Origin: Phoronis australis
Lineage: Eukaryota; Animalia; Phoronida
Direction: 5' to 3'
DNA: 64,000 nucleotides
Assembly (NCBI GenBank): GCA_002633005.1
Contig: NMRA01000056.1
Location: 1,023,521-1,087,520, forward strand
Shown here: piece by piece, positions 12,291-25,146 of the stretch
Numbering within the stretch: the stretch's first letter is position 1
Layout of the letters: each line of letters begins with the position of its first letter
The notes under the pieces: model-generated
What the model saw: only the letters and a program-made list of their open reading frames with translations
Databases searched by the model: none
Told to the model about the DNA's origin: nothing
Position numbers and translations under genes: made by a program

Positions 12291-14193
12291 CTCATGAGTT
12301 GGGAGTTGGGGTATTAGTGCTTACTGTAACCCCAAGTGGTAAGAAGCATTCACAGTTGCTGGTTAAGAAATGGTATGTAGTACCTAACCCAGACCTGAAA
12401 TATCTCTACTCTGCAGTGTACAGGGACAAAACTTAAAAATTAAAAAGTTTGAGTAATAACTTATTGTTGTTCAGGGAATTTGAATTTGGTAGTAGTGTTT
12501 TTAAAGAAATGAATACGAGTGTCACAAAGAGGTAAAAACAAAAATGACCTCTCTAATGAACGAAAACAACATTTCCTTATCTTGCGCAACAAACACTAGA
12601 ATGTGTGTAGGTTAAAATTTCATGAATAATTGTAATAGTTTGTAGATTCCGTTTCAAAGTGTTGAGCATGTGAAAATAGATGATTGTCAGTACAGTAGAC
12701 AGGTGCCACAGACGAGGGTTCGAGAGTTGCAGAGAATTATCAGTACGGCTTGTCGCTAAAACATTTACAAGAAACATCGCATACAATAGGAAAATTACTC
12801 TAAGCGTGACGTGCAAATCTTCCTTTTTCATGTTGTTTCAAATAAAATTTGGTGGGCGCAGGCCCAGGGTTATGAGTTTTAGGAATATATCATGCTAACT
12901 AGCCCTTACTGGGCTTAACTCTACTTATTTTACATTATTTTGTTCGTAATAAACATTAAAAAAATTATTGGCATGTTTCCCACTGTGCCCTCAGCTATGA
13001 AAGCTGTCCTCTGCAGTGCAGAAGACTGAAGGTTCCTTCAAACCAATGTAAATAGGAAATAAGGCAGTTAAGTGTTATCTGGCTGTCTTATTTGTGTGTA
13101 TAAGACTAACACTTGTTTTCACACCAAGCAAATGAGATCACAAAAACATTTTTAGTAAGCTGAGATCTGGATTGAATCTCCAAGTCATCCAGATTCTGAC
13201 CTGAACACTGAAGGACAACTCAACATAACACATGGATCGGTGGCTCTGTCCAAATAAAAGGGGAATCCGACTAAAGTAACTCCAATTTTCTGTCTGATAT
13301 TATACTATATGTTTCATTGTAATGACTTAAATTAACAGGTATTTCACATTTCACTCGGCCATAGCCGATAAAATCTGACGCCTTTCACTATCACCAGTAA
13401 AAAGTTATCTCTTTTCGTGACCCTGAAAGGACATATCAGTATTGTAGATTTGCGAGTCATTCAGGGCAAACCTGGCACAGCTTCAGACACTGCCCTTGAG
13501 TTCACCTTTTCTCTCTAATTAAATTTAAGTGTTGGGAATTTTAATTTCAGGCAAATGTTGTTATCTAGGTGTAGGAAATAATGCCGTTTTTATTTTTGGA
13601 GAGTTTCGTATTCGAATTCAAGACATTCTAAGCTTTGCTGTAAATTTTGAACTAGACAAGATTGTTTTTTGTTTGTTCTCACTTTCAGACCAAGAAAGTT
13701 TCATTTTAGCCACCCACAATTCCATACATAACGTCACACTTTAGTGCCCTTCAAGTTTGGACAAACTGCAATGCCTTTAGAAGAAGTCTTATCGATATTT
13801 AATATTTACATTCTGGTCTACGGTAATGTTTTCTAGCGCTTTCTGGGCTTAGCTCTTATTACTGTACACTGTGTTAAAAAATTGGCATTTAACATGAAGC
13901 AGGTTAAAAAAGGTTCACTAGAGGTGTAAATGAATAAAGATTTCCTTGCACAGGTCAGACATAAAGAGGGATGATGGACGTCATCAGCTATCCCATGTCT
14001 GAAACCACCTTACTCGGAGACAGAGTGAACTTGTCCAGATGACAAGGACACCAGTCTGAGAGAAGTGACCAAGACAGAGGATCGTCGTAGGAAAATTGAC
14101 TTCAGTTTCAGTTATTTTATCCGTGAGTATATTAAGTTTAGACACTTGAATTATGACAGAACCATGGGGGATAAGTTTTCACCAGTATAAAAA

Positions 14194-14604
14194 CAGGGCC
14201 CGGAATCTAATCTTTGAACTCGAAACGAACTCAAAATTATTTTTGACAATTTCTCTGCTACTTTTGTGCGAACTCAAGATAAGTGGATATTAGACTGTAC
14301 TCGAATACATTATACTTTACCCAAACAGGTTTCTAATCCAAGTTTGCACTTGATGACCCTTATATTCATACTACAAACTCGAGAAAAATTTTGAAATTTC
14401 GAGTTCAAACTTGAACTTTTAGCCTTAATGTTGGGTTTATCAACTGCAAACTAGCATTAAAAAATTATCCACGTAAGTCATTATGTACTCCAGCATAGAA
14501 TAATAGACACTTGTCTTGAGTTCGCACAAAAGTAGAATAGAAATGCCATACATAATTCCGAGTTCCATTTTGAATAAAAAGATTAGAACCCGGGGCCGGG
14601 ACTG
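14194..14604. mobile_element. MITE-like element
   Basis: Imperfect TIRs CAGGGCCCGGAATCTAATCTTTG / AAAGATTAGAACCCGGGGCCGGGACTG, TAAAAA on both flanks, and internal AACTCG-type subrepeats. Confidence 0.6.
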
Positions 14605-17438
14605 TAAAAATTGACAAAAATACTTAAAAACATTAGCCAGCTTTTTAACAATCAAAAGCAATATGAGAAGTGATTCAAAAGCGCATTTACTCATGTTAAA
14701 CATGTTTCGAGTCCACAGTAACAAAAACATGTTCTCATGCATACTAAGTTTATCTTAAAAAATGATGTGTCATTAAGGTTTTGGCTTCGAACGACACACA
14801 CGGGGTTTTTTCCAATTCCATGGATATCGCAGCGAAAGGCCTGCTTTTTCAGTGGCAGAACAGTAAAAGTCACTCACAGAGATCCCACATTTTGAGAACC
14901 AGTTTTCTCCACTAAATAACAGGTGTCAAACTGGTTCTCAAAGATATTAGCTGTGATGATGCTGTGTGATTCAGATAAGGCCCCAAGACAGATTCAAACC
15001 CTGGGATCTCAGCATTCACAGACTGACAGTATGCTGGTGGGGCTAAAAGCCATAGGCAAGCAGGCGACTATTTCAGCGGTATTTAATCGATAGGGCCATC
15101 GGACTAGATTTCAGATAAGTCTACCAAAAGACTGAAAGCATTTGTCTATGATTTCTAATAAAACCACAAAAAACATCAGATTTTGTTGTTTCATAACCCT
15201 GATCAAAGTTAATAACTTCAAAATTTTTTTCCTCCCCAGCAATAATCCTAACCATGTGTTTTTGGCCCAACACCCTACAGTGTTCGTTTAACTTACGCTA
15301 AGATCAATTTCCACAAATATAGATCAGAAAACATTAATCAAATTATCCAACACTAGGGTCAAAATTTCCAACATCCTCTGGGAGGAACACCTATTCTGAC
15401 CAGGGATAGATAACCTTGCCCCAATTCTTTGTGGAACTGGGTCAAGTACCTTCCCACGTTTTTGTACAACTCAATACATTGATGCGAAACTGACTTCAGT
15501 TTCTATTCAATTGTTCTGTAGAATCACCCTACCAAGAAAAATCACTACAGCGTTCATTTCACTTTACAACCATATCCAGACAATAGCGGGACTGGCATCT
15601 GCATGTTAAAACAACCATTACCTCATGGATGAATTTTAACCCTTGCAACATGTCTACTCAATAAATGTTATGTTCAGTTTTTATAGTTTCGCACAATTTA
15701 TTTGCTTGTGTTTCATGCTTCAATATTGTTAAGTTACGTGTTGTGCGAAACGCTTAAAAATACAATTTTTGAATTATTTTGTACAGAGAGGAGATTCGAA
15801 AAAAAATTAATAAAAAATCTATATGATTTAAAACCAGTTTCCATTTTTGACAATTGATACAACGGCACAATTAATGTCCACCTATTATGTTGAGTTACAC
15901 ATGGTTAACAGTAGGCCCTAGACTATCCAGCTATCCAGTAAAATAGTTAATTGTAGTCAGGATTGTTATTTTAATTAGTTTCGTAGGGATGTTTTTAAGT
16001 GGCTTTATGCAGTGCATATTAGAGATCACCACTTGCTTATTAAAGGACCGGTGTTGACGTACAACACTACCGTAGTTTTGTTTTATCCTACAATCCAATA
16101 AGATTCAGTTTCGAAAAAAAGTATACCAGTAATACATTGAATAATGTGAAACTGACTTATAATTCCATTCAATTGCTTGTGACATGAAGTTTGTATAAAA
16201 AAAACGTACAATGTTGGGATTGAAAATGAACTTGTCCAAAAGCTGACATATTTCGAAAGCATTAGTCAAATCGTCTGTAAATTTTGGAGGCAATAATTGA
16301 TTAATTAATGAGAGACTTTCAATTGATTTGACAAAAAGCACGAGTACTATTTGAGAGGGTCTGAAAATTTTATTGCCAGGGACATTACACAAAGACTCTA
16401 ATTCCAGTCACAACAGCAATGATTGAAAAACAGTCAGGTGATCAATTCTTATCAGGGTCAGACCCAACATAAAACTGCCATGCCCTACTTGACAAATTTT
16501 TGTGACACTTTTTGACTTTCAGTTATCAGCACTACCCATTCTTCATAGTCAATAGTGGGTTAAGAACATCCAATATTAGGCTACTTCTGTTGGGAAGTCC
16601 ACAATTGTTTTTGAGAACCCCTTTAGACGCCTTTGAAGGCCATGCTGGCTTCCCCCATGCAATTCCACACCCCCACACACCCCCCCCCCACCCCCCCTCA
16701 TCAGCTGGGCATCCACATGACAAACCATGACAGTTACCAGTTTCAATTCAATTCAAGGAAGAAGTAATAAGACAGAAGCAATACCTACATGCTGGATAGT
16801 GATCGTGTGAGTGTTAGTCATGGTGTACAAACATTGGTGGAATAAACAAGAAAATTCTTGAAAAGTTATTTTTGTAGACAAAATGAAATTTCATGTGTCC
16901 GCCATACCATATCCCAAATGGATGAGTTCTTACTTCCTCGTTAGTATGGTTCTGTTCACACAGACAGATCCACCAGGACAAGCAGATCAGATGCAAGTTG
17001 CACTACCCAAAAAATGATATAAATAGTCACCCAGGTGTCAAGTTGAACTGAGTTAATTTTTGTTCAAACAGTCATGTATGTCCAGGGCAACATGTCCTGA
17101 ACCAAATACCAGCCTGCATATAGACTTGATGAATGGTAGTGCATTTACGCTCTCAACTGGAAGATGACAGTACTTCCTTGTCAACAAAACAAATATGTGT
17201 TCAATAGATCGAGTATGAAACCATACGGCGACATTTCCTTATTGATAAAAGAACAGGGACTTGTTTAGCAACGAAATGGTAATTTATTCTTTTATCAGTG
17301 ACATACATGTACATGTTTTCTTAACACAAAATAGGATGAGGAAATACAAAGACAGATTTCAACTTGGGACTCAGGAGATAATGGACAAGGTTTGACATCT
17401 GCCTTGATGGTGTTTTTAGTCACGCCATCAATGTGACA

Positions 17439-17531
17439 AAAAGCGGGACATTTTGATGGTGTGACGAGTCGCGGTACAAAGCTTCAAAAAGTGGGACAGT
17501 CCCATCAAATGCGGGACAGCTAGCAGTTATG
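17439..17531. mobile_element. Terminal fragment of a hAT-like MITE
   Basis: Repeated GCGGGACA subterminal motifs ending in GGGACAGCTAGCAGTTATG. The partner terminus was not found. Confidence 0.4.
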
Positions 17532-19707
17532 CTCAGTAGATAACATGGTGAAAATCTACGGAACCATTTCGAAAAAAATAATAACCAAAATAGCTATTTT
17601 TTCATTTTTAAAGGCTGCTAACATCGCTTCAGTGTCAGCAGTTTCTCAAATTATCATATGATGTTAGCCACGGTACAGACCTTGAACATGAAAAAATCAA
17701 AACAATAAAATTCCACATGTCAATCATATTGTGTCCTAAATTAGAGTTCCCCATAGTTAGAATATCAATTGTGTTGGTATCACGACAGAACCTAATCACA
17801 CTACACATATTTTCAACGACCATTTAACGAAGTTGATCACAAGATCGCAAAAACATATTTGTCACTGATTTCCCACCTGCCACAAATGATTTTGAAAATT
17901 CCTTGATTTGAGCTTTATTAATACAGCAATTCTCACCTAATTTGGTACACTCGCCTCATTCCACGCACCTAAAATTATTTGGAAAAATAATATTTTGTCC
18001 TTTACTTATTTCTCAAGAGGCTACATGGCAGAAATTTCTGGACTCAACTGATCAGTTTAGCAGGCAACCCCTATGGTTACATTGTTCAACCTCAAAAAAA
18101 GAAAAAACAGTGCAGGTGGCCTGATGTCATTTGCGGTGCATTAGACATGCGCAGGCCTCATGGTTGGGCCCATTGCACCAAACACCTGAGCCAAAAGCAC
18201 GAGAGCCCCCCCACTAAGTCTGTATTCAGTTTATTTCACAATTATCGGAAAAATGTATTTATGTTCGACACTCAAACTGGACGGAAATCACATGTCGCAA
18301 GCTTGTTTCCAGAGACGAAAAAGAGACCATGGGTTGGCGTAAATTGGTAACTTATTATGAGCACAAGAGTGGTGCATAAATGCATAAGAATGCATTTAAT
18401 TTATTTTGAGTAGAATAAGTAAAGAATTACAGTATACAGTTATCTTTTAAATAAATATAATTAAACGACACCAAGGGGTTCATCCGGAATTTCAAAAACA
18501 GGGCATCGGAAACGGGTTTTCTAATTTCTCAGGGTGTACAGACTAATGATGCACACCCAAATCAAACTGCTGTTATAGTGGTATGTTACCGTGCAGACAT
18601 GGTTCTGCAATGTAGTTTTTCATATCCTGCATCATTTCTAAACCAGCTGCTGTTGCCAGCAAGTAAAAAAGACACCAATGCTAACTTGTTTACTTTACAT
18701 GGGCGTCAAAATACTGAACAGGGTGTCTGAATGTGAGTCAGGATGTCCAATTGGACGTCCTAGATGCCCACCAGATGCCACTCGCAGGAAAACGTCAATA
18801 AAGAGCGGTTAGAGCATTCTGATGCATGTGCTTTTCATAAAACATCTTAAAGATTTTGAAGATGAATTTTTATTTTATGACACAGAACATCAAAATAATT
18901 TTTCGAGGATAAAAATGTTAAAAATACAAAACCGATGAGACTTCCTGGTGTAGTGCATTTAACCTAATAGTACATCTATGCAGCTGTCATTTTAATTAAG
19001 AAAACCCTCATTAGCGGTTTTGATTCACCTCCTCAGCAGTGGTTCAAGCAGTCACGAAACATTAATAAATTGTGCCGTAAACACCGTCATAAGTATAAAG
19101 TAAGTTCTTTAGCAACTGGCATTTATATCTCAAATCACGTAAAGTTATTCCTAAAAATTACGCTTTAAGAAAATACTTAAACGTAAACCTAACTAATTAT
19201 ACATACACCATATCACAGAAACTCCAAATTTCAGGAATTACGCTTCCAGTCAGTTTCTTCTAAGATGGAAACATATTTTCAAAAATTGCGTACAGTAATT
19301 CCTCACTTATTTAGCACACAATATGACGGACATGTAAAATATTAGTTTTTAGGATTTCCACAAAAGCAAATATTATTTTTAGTACATTACAAGCTTCATT
19401 TGCACTGTGTAGATGTCAAAAAACAATATTTGGTGAAGTTTTCATTCTTTTCAGCGAGGTATTCAGCCTTTGAAAAATGACAACTTTGGCAAAAACTATG
19501 GCAAATTTTAAGTACTAAATAAATGAAGAATCATTAAAAATTACTTGGTCTTCAGAACTAAACAAGTCTAAAATACTGCCGTGGCCTGTATTTTCTTTCC
19601 TCAATACAGGGTATGTCAAATGTCTGATGATCACCATCACAGGTCTAGATACTCAAAAACGATCCTATTAAAGTGCCATTCACAATACCCTTAGAGCAAG
19701 TTACTCC

Positions 19708-19755
19708 TGATTAAGGGTGTCAATGATTAAGGGTGTCAGTGACTAAGGGTGTCAA
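19708..19755 (+). repeat. 16-bp tandem repeat, 3 copies
   Basis: TGA(T/C)TAAGGGTGTCA(A/G) three times. Confidence 0.9.
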
Positions 19756-21184
19756 CCCTGAGAGGCTTTCTTGAACTATCGAGGTGGATTATCTGAATAT
19801 CAATGTTCCCACACAAACATACTATTTATTGCAATTTCAGCATCGATACGGTTAGGTTCTAGGATCCCTTAGGTATTGAAATGGGTATCTGATTTCAAAA
19901 ATAGGGTGCTGATTTAGGCCGACTTATTTTCCATATGAGGTATCATTATGGTTGAAATTGGTTTAAAAACAAGTGAACTGTCTATTGATATGAGTGGTTT
20001 CGTACCAAAATCAAGATATTGATTAGTTTGCGTTTTTACCTGCTGAATGCATGCTCCTGAAGATTATGTTTACAATGCCCCCTGGTGTCAAGTTAAGATA
20101 ATAGGACTCTGACCACATATATACAGTGGCAGTCCAGGAACTTAGAGATTTACTTCTCTCTGTGGTCTTGTATTAAGCGAAAGGGCGTGACCTGACTGGG
20201 GGCATTTCCCTCAAAAGCATTTACTGTGTATGTATTCCAAGATTGCTCTAACAATGACCGTTGGTGTCAGTTTGACAAGTACCACCCCTGACTCAGGCAA
20301 GTCAAGTGTTTAGACGTGACCTTTGATGAGACTGATACCATTAGATGGTATACCATATAGTAACCCTTCAAGTGTGAGTTGGTTCAGCCTGTCTGGACCA
20401 CTTGAGGATAAACAGTCTCAAAGAAATGACACATCCAAGATTGTAAGCCAAGTCAGTTGGGACATGTATTAACAGGAAATCTGCAACTGGTTGAGATTTT
20501 TTGCTTCAAGACACCAGTTAGTATGGCCGATTGTATTGAAGAATCAAGTTGTGATGGCAATATAATGGCGACACTAATCACTAATAACAAGCTTTTGGTT
20601 ATGAGCATTCTAGCTTTTAAACAAAATACACTAGCATGTTGATAACATAATTCAATTTGTTGACTAGATTTTCGAAGAAGAAGATACACAGATTTCACTG
20701 AAACTCAGTTTAAAATGAAGTCAGCTGAGCTACTCATAAACAGAAGGATTGAAGGGCTGACGCATTGTTAGTGTCGCGCCTAACCTCACATCATAGTCAT
20801 CGTATGATCGTAACTGCTAATCATTGTCATTATCATTGCTATAGTCATTGAGAGTCGTTGAAAATAAAACTACAATTAGGAGGAAAAACAAGCCCAACTA
20901 CTTTGTGGTAAGTACTTGTTGTGAACAAGACAAATTCAAAAGATTGTGGTAAAAAAGTTACAATTTGGAACGGTGAAAAGGTCAGCGCTTGTTCCAGATT
21001 AAAGAAATAACCAATACTGACCATCCCAAATTTGATCAACAACAAAAGATCACCCACCTTAATGTTACATACTAGAGAGAGACATGTGCAAATGTTGGCA
21101 ACATTTTTCGCAATTTTGTGAAAGTCATAAACTAGAGAATTTTTCAACATAACGTCAACAAAAGCAATTGAGAGGCAAACAAAC

Positions 21185-21428
21185 CTGGTGTAGCCTTGGG
21201 GATCTCCGGCAGAGGTCTGTGTGGTACATGGTTCCCTTGTAGGTTTTCCACTTCAGATGTCACTGTTGTATTTTGATCCACAGCATTGGTGTCATCGATG
21301 GAAATCTCAATGACATTCATATCTTTCCCATGATACGTCATCCTGTCCACAGCGTCTTTTGTGGGCAGGGAATGAGCTGGCTCGGCAGCTTTGTCCCGAC
21401 TGATACATAATTGTAGATTGTTTCCCAT
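21185..21428 (-). CDS. Src-family tyrosine kinase, coding exon 1 (SH4/unique region)
   Basis: ATG in a good Kozak context (GAAGCCATGG) encodes MGNNLQLC...HRPLPEIPKATP, with Gly2 and Cys8 as in lipidated Src N-termini. It ends at a CAG|GTTTGT donor after 244 nt (phase 1), in frame with the SH3 exon at 11495. Confidence 0.8.
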
Positions 21429-23576
21429 GGCTTCGGATCTACAGTATTATACCCACGGAATCAATTTAAGCGCTCGCCCAATCAAATGTCTGCAGCTAAC
21501 CAAGCTGTTTGATGTAAACTCTTGCTTTTCAACGGATAAAAACCACCACCGTTATCCAGCCGTATTAAAATCTGCAAGTGAAATACAGAACATTTACACA
21601 ATACACGTTTTAAATTCTGAACGTCCACTACTTTTACATTAAAGCCATATGTGTAGGTATGCAGATTACAATATCGTTTATTTCCTCTGGAATAATTTTT
21701 TAACGGGGAGTTTTTATTTACACTCAACACGATTACAAGAAATCACAACTGATCAAATGGAGTTCATTGATTTCTATTGCTTGTACTTTTTCCACTGTAA
21801 ACTTGAACTCATCTAGTTCGAAGTTGTTTCCCTTTGCCCCTGATACTGCGTGTGGCTTTAAATGACCACACTCGGTTGCGACAATGCTCAATTTTGAGAA
21901 CCAGATACTTTCACAGGATAATGAACAAGTAACTGTTACTCATACCGTGTAAAGTTACGGGGCCAAAACATCCTTATTGCACTATTATAAGTGACTACAG
22001 TCTCTAATTACATCAGAGAGGAATAAGCATGTAAACAGATATGAAATTGAATATAACAACGCATGTGGCGTACAAACAGATACAAAGGGTGTGTCTTACA
22101 GTAAAATCTAACCAATTTAGGACCCACAGTGAAATTTATGTTGACCAATGAAGAAATGACACGTAGCACCAAATAAATGTTCTACACTACAGCAACCATA
22201 GGAGACAGCAATGCTAGGAGCCTGTAAAAATGCAAAAGAAATCAATTTTGGCAAATTTATATTTCTCCTAAATTGGAGAGACATTATCATATATGTCGGA
22301 GTAGGAAATAGATTAAAGTTCAGATAGTCAGAGATTTATGACGATGACTTAAAACATGTATTACAAAGAAAAGTTCTTTGCGAACTCTTTTGGGACAATG
22401 GCAGTTTCGCCGAAAATTTGTTTAGAAATTTGGTATGTGGGTAGTCAAAATATTAAAAATATAAAACCAATGTTAGTTCACCAAGCCAGGGTTTGTTTTG
22501 TTAATGTAGTTTGTAGTGAAGCCACCAGGTGTCTCCTCTTCTTCTTGCAGTGTGTCTTGTGTGCCCCTATATTTTCATTGAGCTTTTGTCTTTGAACCAT
22601 GGAGATGTACTCAGATTGACCATGGGTGTGGTGCACAGCAGCTGCATTAGTTTTCTGACCGTCTTGTGAGACGGATGTTAGGTTTGGCAGCCACAGGGCT
22701 TCACATTCTATAAGTTGAAATTTTGTTATTTTGTTTTCTCTCATACTCTGAAAAGTTACCTAGAATTTGGTAACTGAGTTGCTTACTCTGTTTAGTCTGA
22801 CTTAACTGCTCGTCTACTATGTTTTGCTATTTAGCCATTGTGAAATGTTATCCTGTATGCAGAGTCAGTTTGGTAGATTTTGATATCTCGTTGATTGTAG
22901 TTTCGTTGTTCCAGTAAACGTATATATGTGACACAGAACCAAGGTGTTTTCTTTAATCTGGATTGCCCAGCCTGTGGTTTCGTCAAAACCAAGTGAAACC
23001 AATTTCAGTAGAACTGTACGCCACCTCACATGGAAGAACAGTCGATTGAAGAATCAACGAAAAAAGAAATAGGTGACACTCTATTACATTCCAACACATA
23101 TTACTGAACTAGAAATTTACCACCAGAAAATCAATACAGTGGTAAATTTGCCACCTGTAACCTTTTTCCATTATTCAAGGACGAGTATAGGCAATTAATC
23201 GCTCTGGATGCCGCAGGCTAGTTAATTACATTAATTTAGTGTCAGGTTGCAATATTTTGCCAGTTTTTTACGCACATCCAAATACAGTTCGTACTAAGGC
23301 TAGGTTTAATGTTCACTAACGTCCAGAGGTATTCGATGAGACTGACTACAAGGTACAAACCAAACCGTTGAAAATGTATATATACAGACAATCCCTGCTG
23401 GGAATTCCAAACGACCCAAACTCCCAACCCAAAGCGGTCCAAAACCTCATCACGACAAGGGACTCGGGTCACGTCGTTTGCTCGGAATTCATATCAAAAA
23501 AGCTCTGTTTGGGCATCATCAACCGATTCAAACGTGCCTTCTCTAAACAATAACCAAACACTTTAAATATACTTAC

Positions 23577-23720
23577 CCATCGGGCGCATAATTCAATTCG
23601 AATTTTGGTAACTATCTCGCTCCTCACGCAGCACATACCACGAACATAAAACTTCCTTGTTTCACTCCCGCGAGAAGGCGAGAACTGTCGCTCCAAAACA
23701 ATCCATTCGTGAATCCGAAA
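23577..23720 (-). other. Putative non-coding first exon of the Src-family kinase
   Basis: A consensus donor G|GTAAGT lies at 23577/23576 on the minus strand, inside a CpG-rich stretch. A matching acceptor (TTTCACTTGCAG) opens the ATG-containing exon at 21571. The 5' boundary is a guess. Confidence 0.5.
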
Positions 23721-23848
23721 TCCCGTTGCCTTTGCGCATGCGTAAATCAACTTCCCTCAGCCACACATGACAACAGGAAAACAATTTGTTCGAGTCCCAT
23801 TTCTAGTTGCAGAAGGAACGTTAGTCAGATAAACTTAGAGACACAGAG
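23640..23848. promoter_or_regulatory. Probable bidirectional promoter shared by the kinase and BTBD19
   Basis: CpG-rich interval between divergent first exons. It contains an NRF1-like TGCGCATGCGTA (23733-23744), TCCCGCGAGA (23666-23675; 1 mismatch to TCTCGCGAGA) and an ETS core ACTTCC (23651-23656). Confidence 0.6.
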
Positions 23849-23931
23849 ATGTCCAACGAACAACACATGCAAGGTGACATCTTGCCGTTTGCGGCGGAGA
23901 TGAAAAAGATGATAAACAACAAAGATCTGAG
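23849..23931 (+). CDS. BTBD19: BTB/POZ domain-containing protein 19-like, exon 1
   Basis: Encodes MSNEQHMQGDILPFAAEMKKMINNKDLS, resembling the BTBD19 N-terminus as I recall it (G...PF.A.L..LVNN..YS). Donor AG|GTAATT, 83 nt (phase 2), in frame with exon 2. Confidence 0.88.
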
Positions 23932-24002
23932 GTAATTTTTTACGTCGGGGGAGGTCTGCCTGACGACATTGTCAGCGACAGAGACCGAGTCTGGGAGAGA
24001 AT

Positions 24003-24902
24003 TAGGCAATGACCATCGCCTCTGTTGGCCCGAAGCAGAGGCGATGTAGAGGCTATAGGCGCTCTGTACGCCGGAAGCTTTTCGGCGAATTATGCCTCGC
24101 ACCGACTAAACCATCAAAGTCACGTTGTTACAAATACCTTTTGCGCATAGAGGAACACCTTAGGAGGTTGTCGATGTGTTTAATTCCTTCCAACTCGAAC
24201 AAATACTCCCGTTATGAAACTTTTTCTTCGAGCAGTCCCTATTTCAGTTCCCAAAATCGTGAACTCAACTTTTTTATACTGCGCACGCTCCAATTCATGA
24301 CCTCAATCTTTAAATAGGCCAAAGGTGAGCCATTGCGGTCTTGGCAGTCAAATGTTCGTTTCCAAAATGCCACCACTTATACTTGTCTTTAATTGGCGTT
24401 ACTTGAAACTGATTGTATTTCAATGAATCATTGTTTGTATTTGATAAAAACAAATGCTGTTGATATGACATTTAATAGTCTTTTTGCACATATTTGACAT
24501 TTTAATGTTTAACAACACGGCAAATGCACGGCTGGTTCCCGGCAGCACGTACGCGAAGGGCGGGAACTTCAGCTTTCAAAGTTCGCCGGTAGGTCCGCAA
24601 CTTCTGACCTTCGGCCTGGTTAAAAAAATGAAAAAGTTGAGTTCACGATTTTGGGAACTGAAATAGGGACTGCTCGAAGAAAAAGTTTCATAACGGGAGT
24701 ATTTGTTCGAGTTGGAAGGAATTAAACACATCGACAACCTCCTAAGGTGTTCCTCTATGCGCAAAAGGTATTTGAAACAACGTGACTTTGATGGTTTAGT
24801 CGGTGCGAGGCATAATTCGCCGAAAAGCTTCCGGCGTACAGAGCGCCTATAGCCTCTACATCGCCTCTGCTTCGGGCCAACAGAGGCGATGGTCATTGCC
24901 TA
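24003..24902. mobile_element. Non-autonomous foldback / Mutator-like DNA transposon
   Basis: 272-bp terminal inverted repeats (24003-24274 and 24631-24902; one mismatch seen), flanked by a perfect 9-bp direct repeat GGAGAGAAT (23994-24002 and 24903-24911). Confidence 0.9.
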
Positions 24903-25074
24903 GGAGAGAATCAGATCAGAAAACTAAGGCTAGTCAAGGGAAAGATTTAGCATATCCTAGTGTGGTAACATGTGAATTCTGGGTGTGACATACAGTAGGC
25001 AGTCGCTTGTGTTGTGAAAGTGCTTCCGGTGAATCACGTATGAACCTCTGTTAGCCACTCGCTAACGGGCAATT

Positions 25075-25146
25075 GCCTATTAGCTGAATGGTTAGCACGC
25101 TCGCCAGTTAAATCGGGGTCGCTGGTTCGATTCCCGAGGTCGGGCA
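25075..25146 (+). pseudogene. tRNA-derived sequence (SINE head or tRNA pseudogene)
   Basis: A-box TAGCTGAATGG and B-box GGTTCGATTCC at tRNA-like spacing. GTT sits at the anticodon position, but the anticodon and acceptor stems pair poorly. Confidence 0.55.

Noticed and set aside
13953-14122. Antisense (+ strand) exon in kinase intron 1
   Set aside because: It has acceptor- and donor-like ends but stops in all three frames and no partner exons, so it cannot be supported without RNA data.
16512-16730. His/Pro-rich ORF
   Set aside because: It is produced by a C-rich low-complexity tract and has no domain or splice support.
24009-24896. Two near-identical ~100-aa ORFs on opposite strands (and the 23821/24803 pair)
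   Set aside because: They are mirror images produced by the TIRs of the foldback element and have no recognisable domain.
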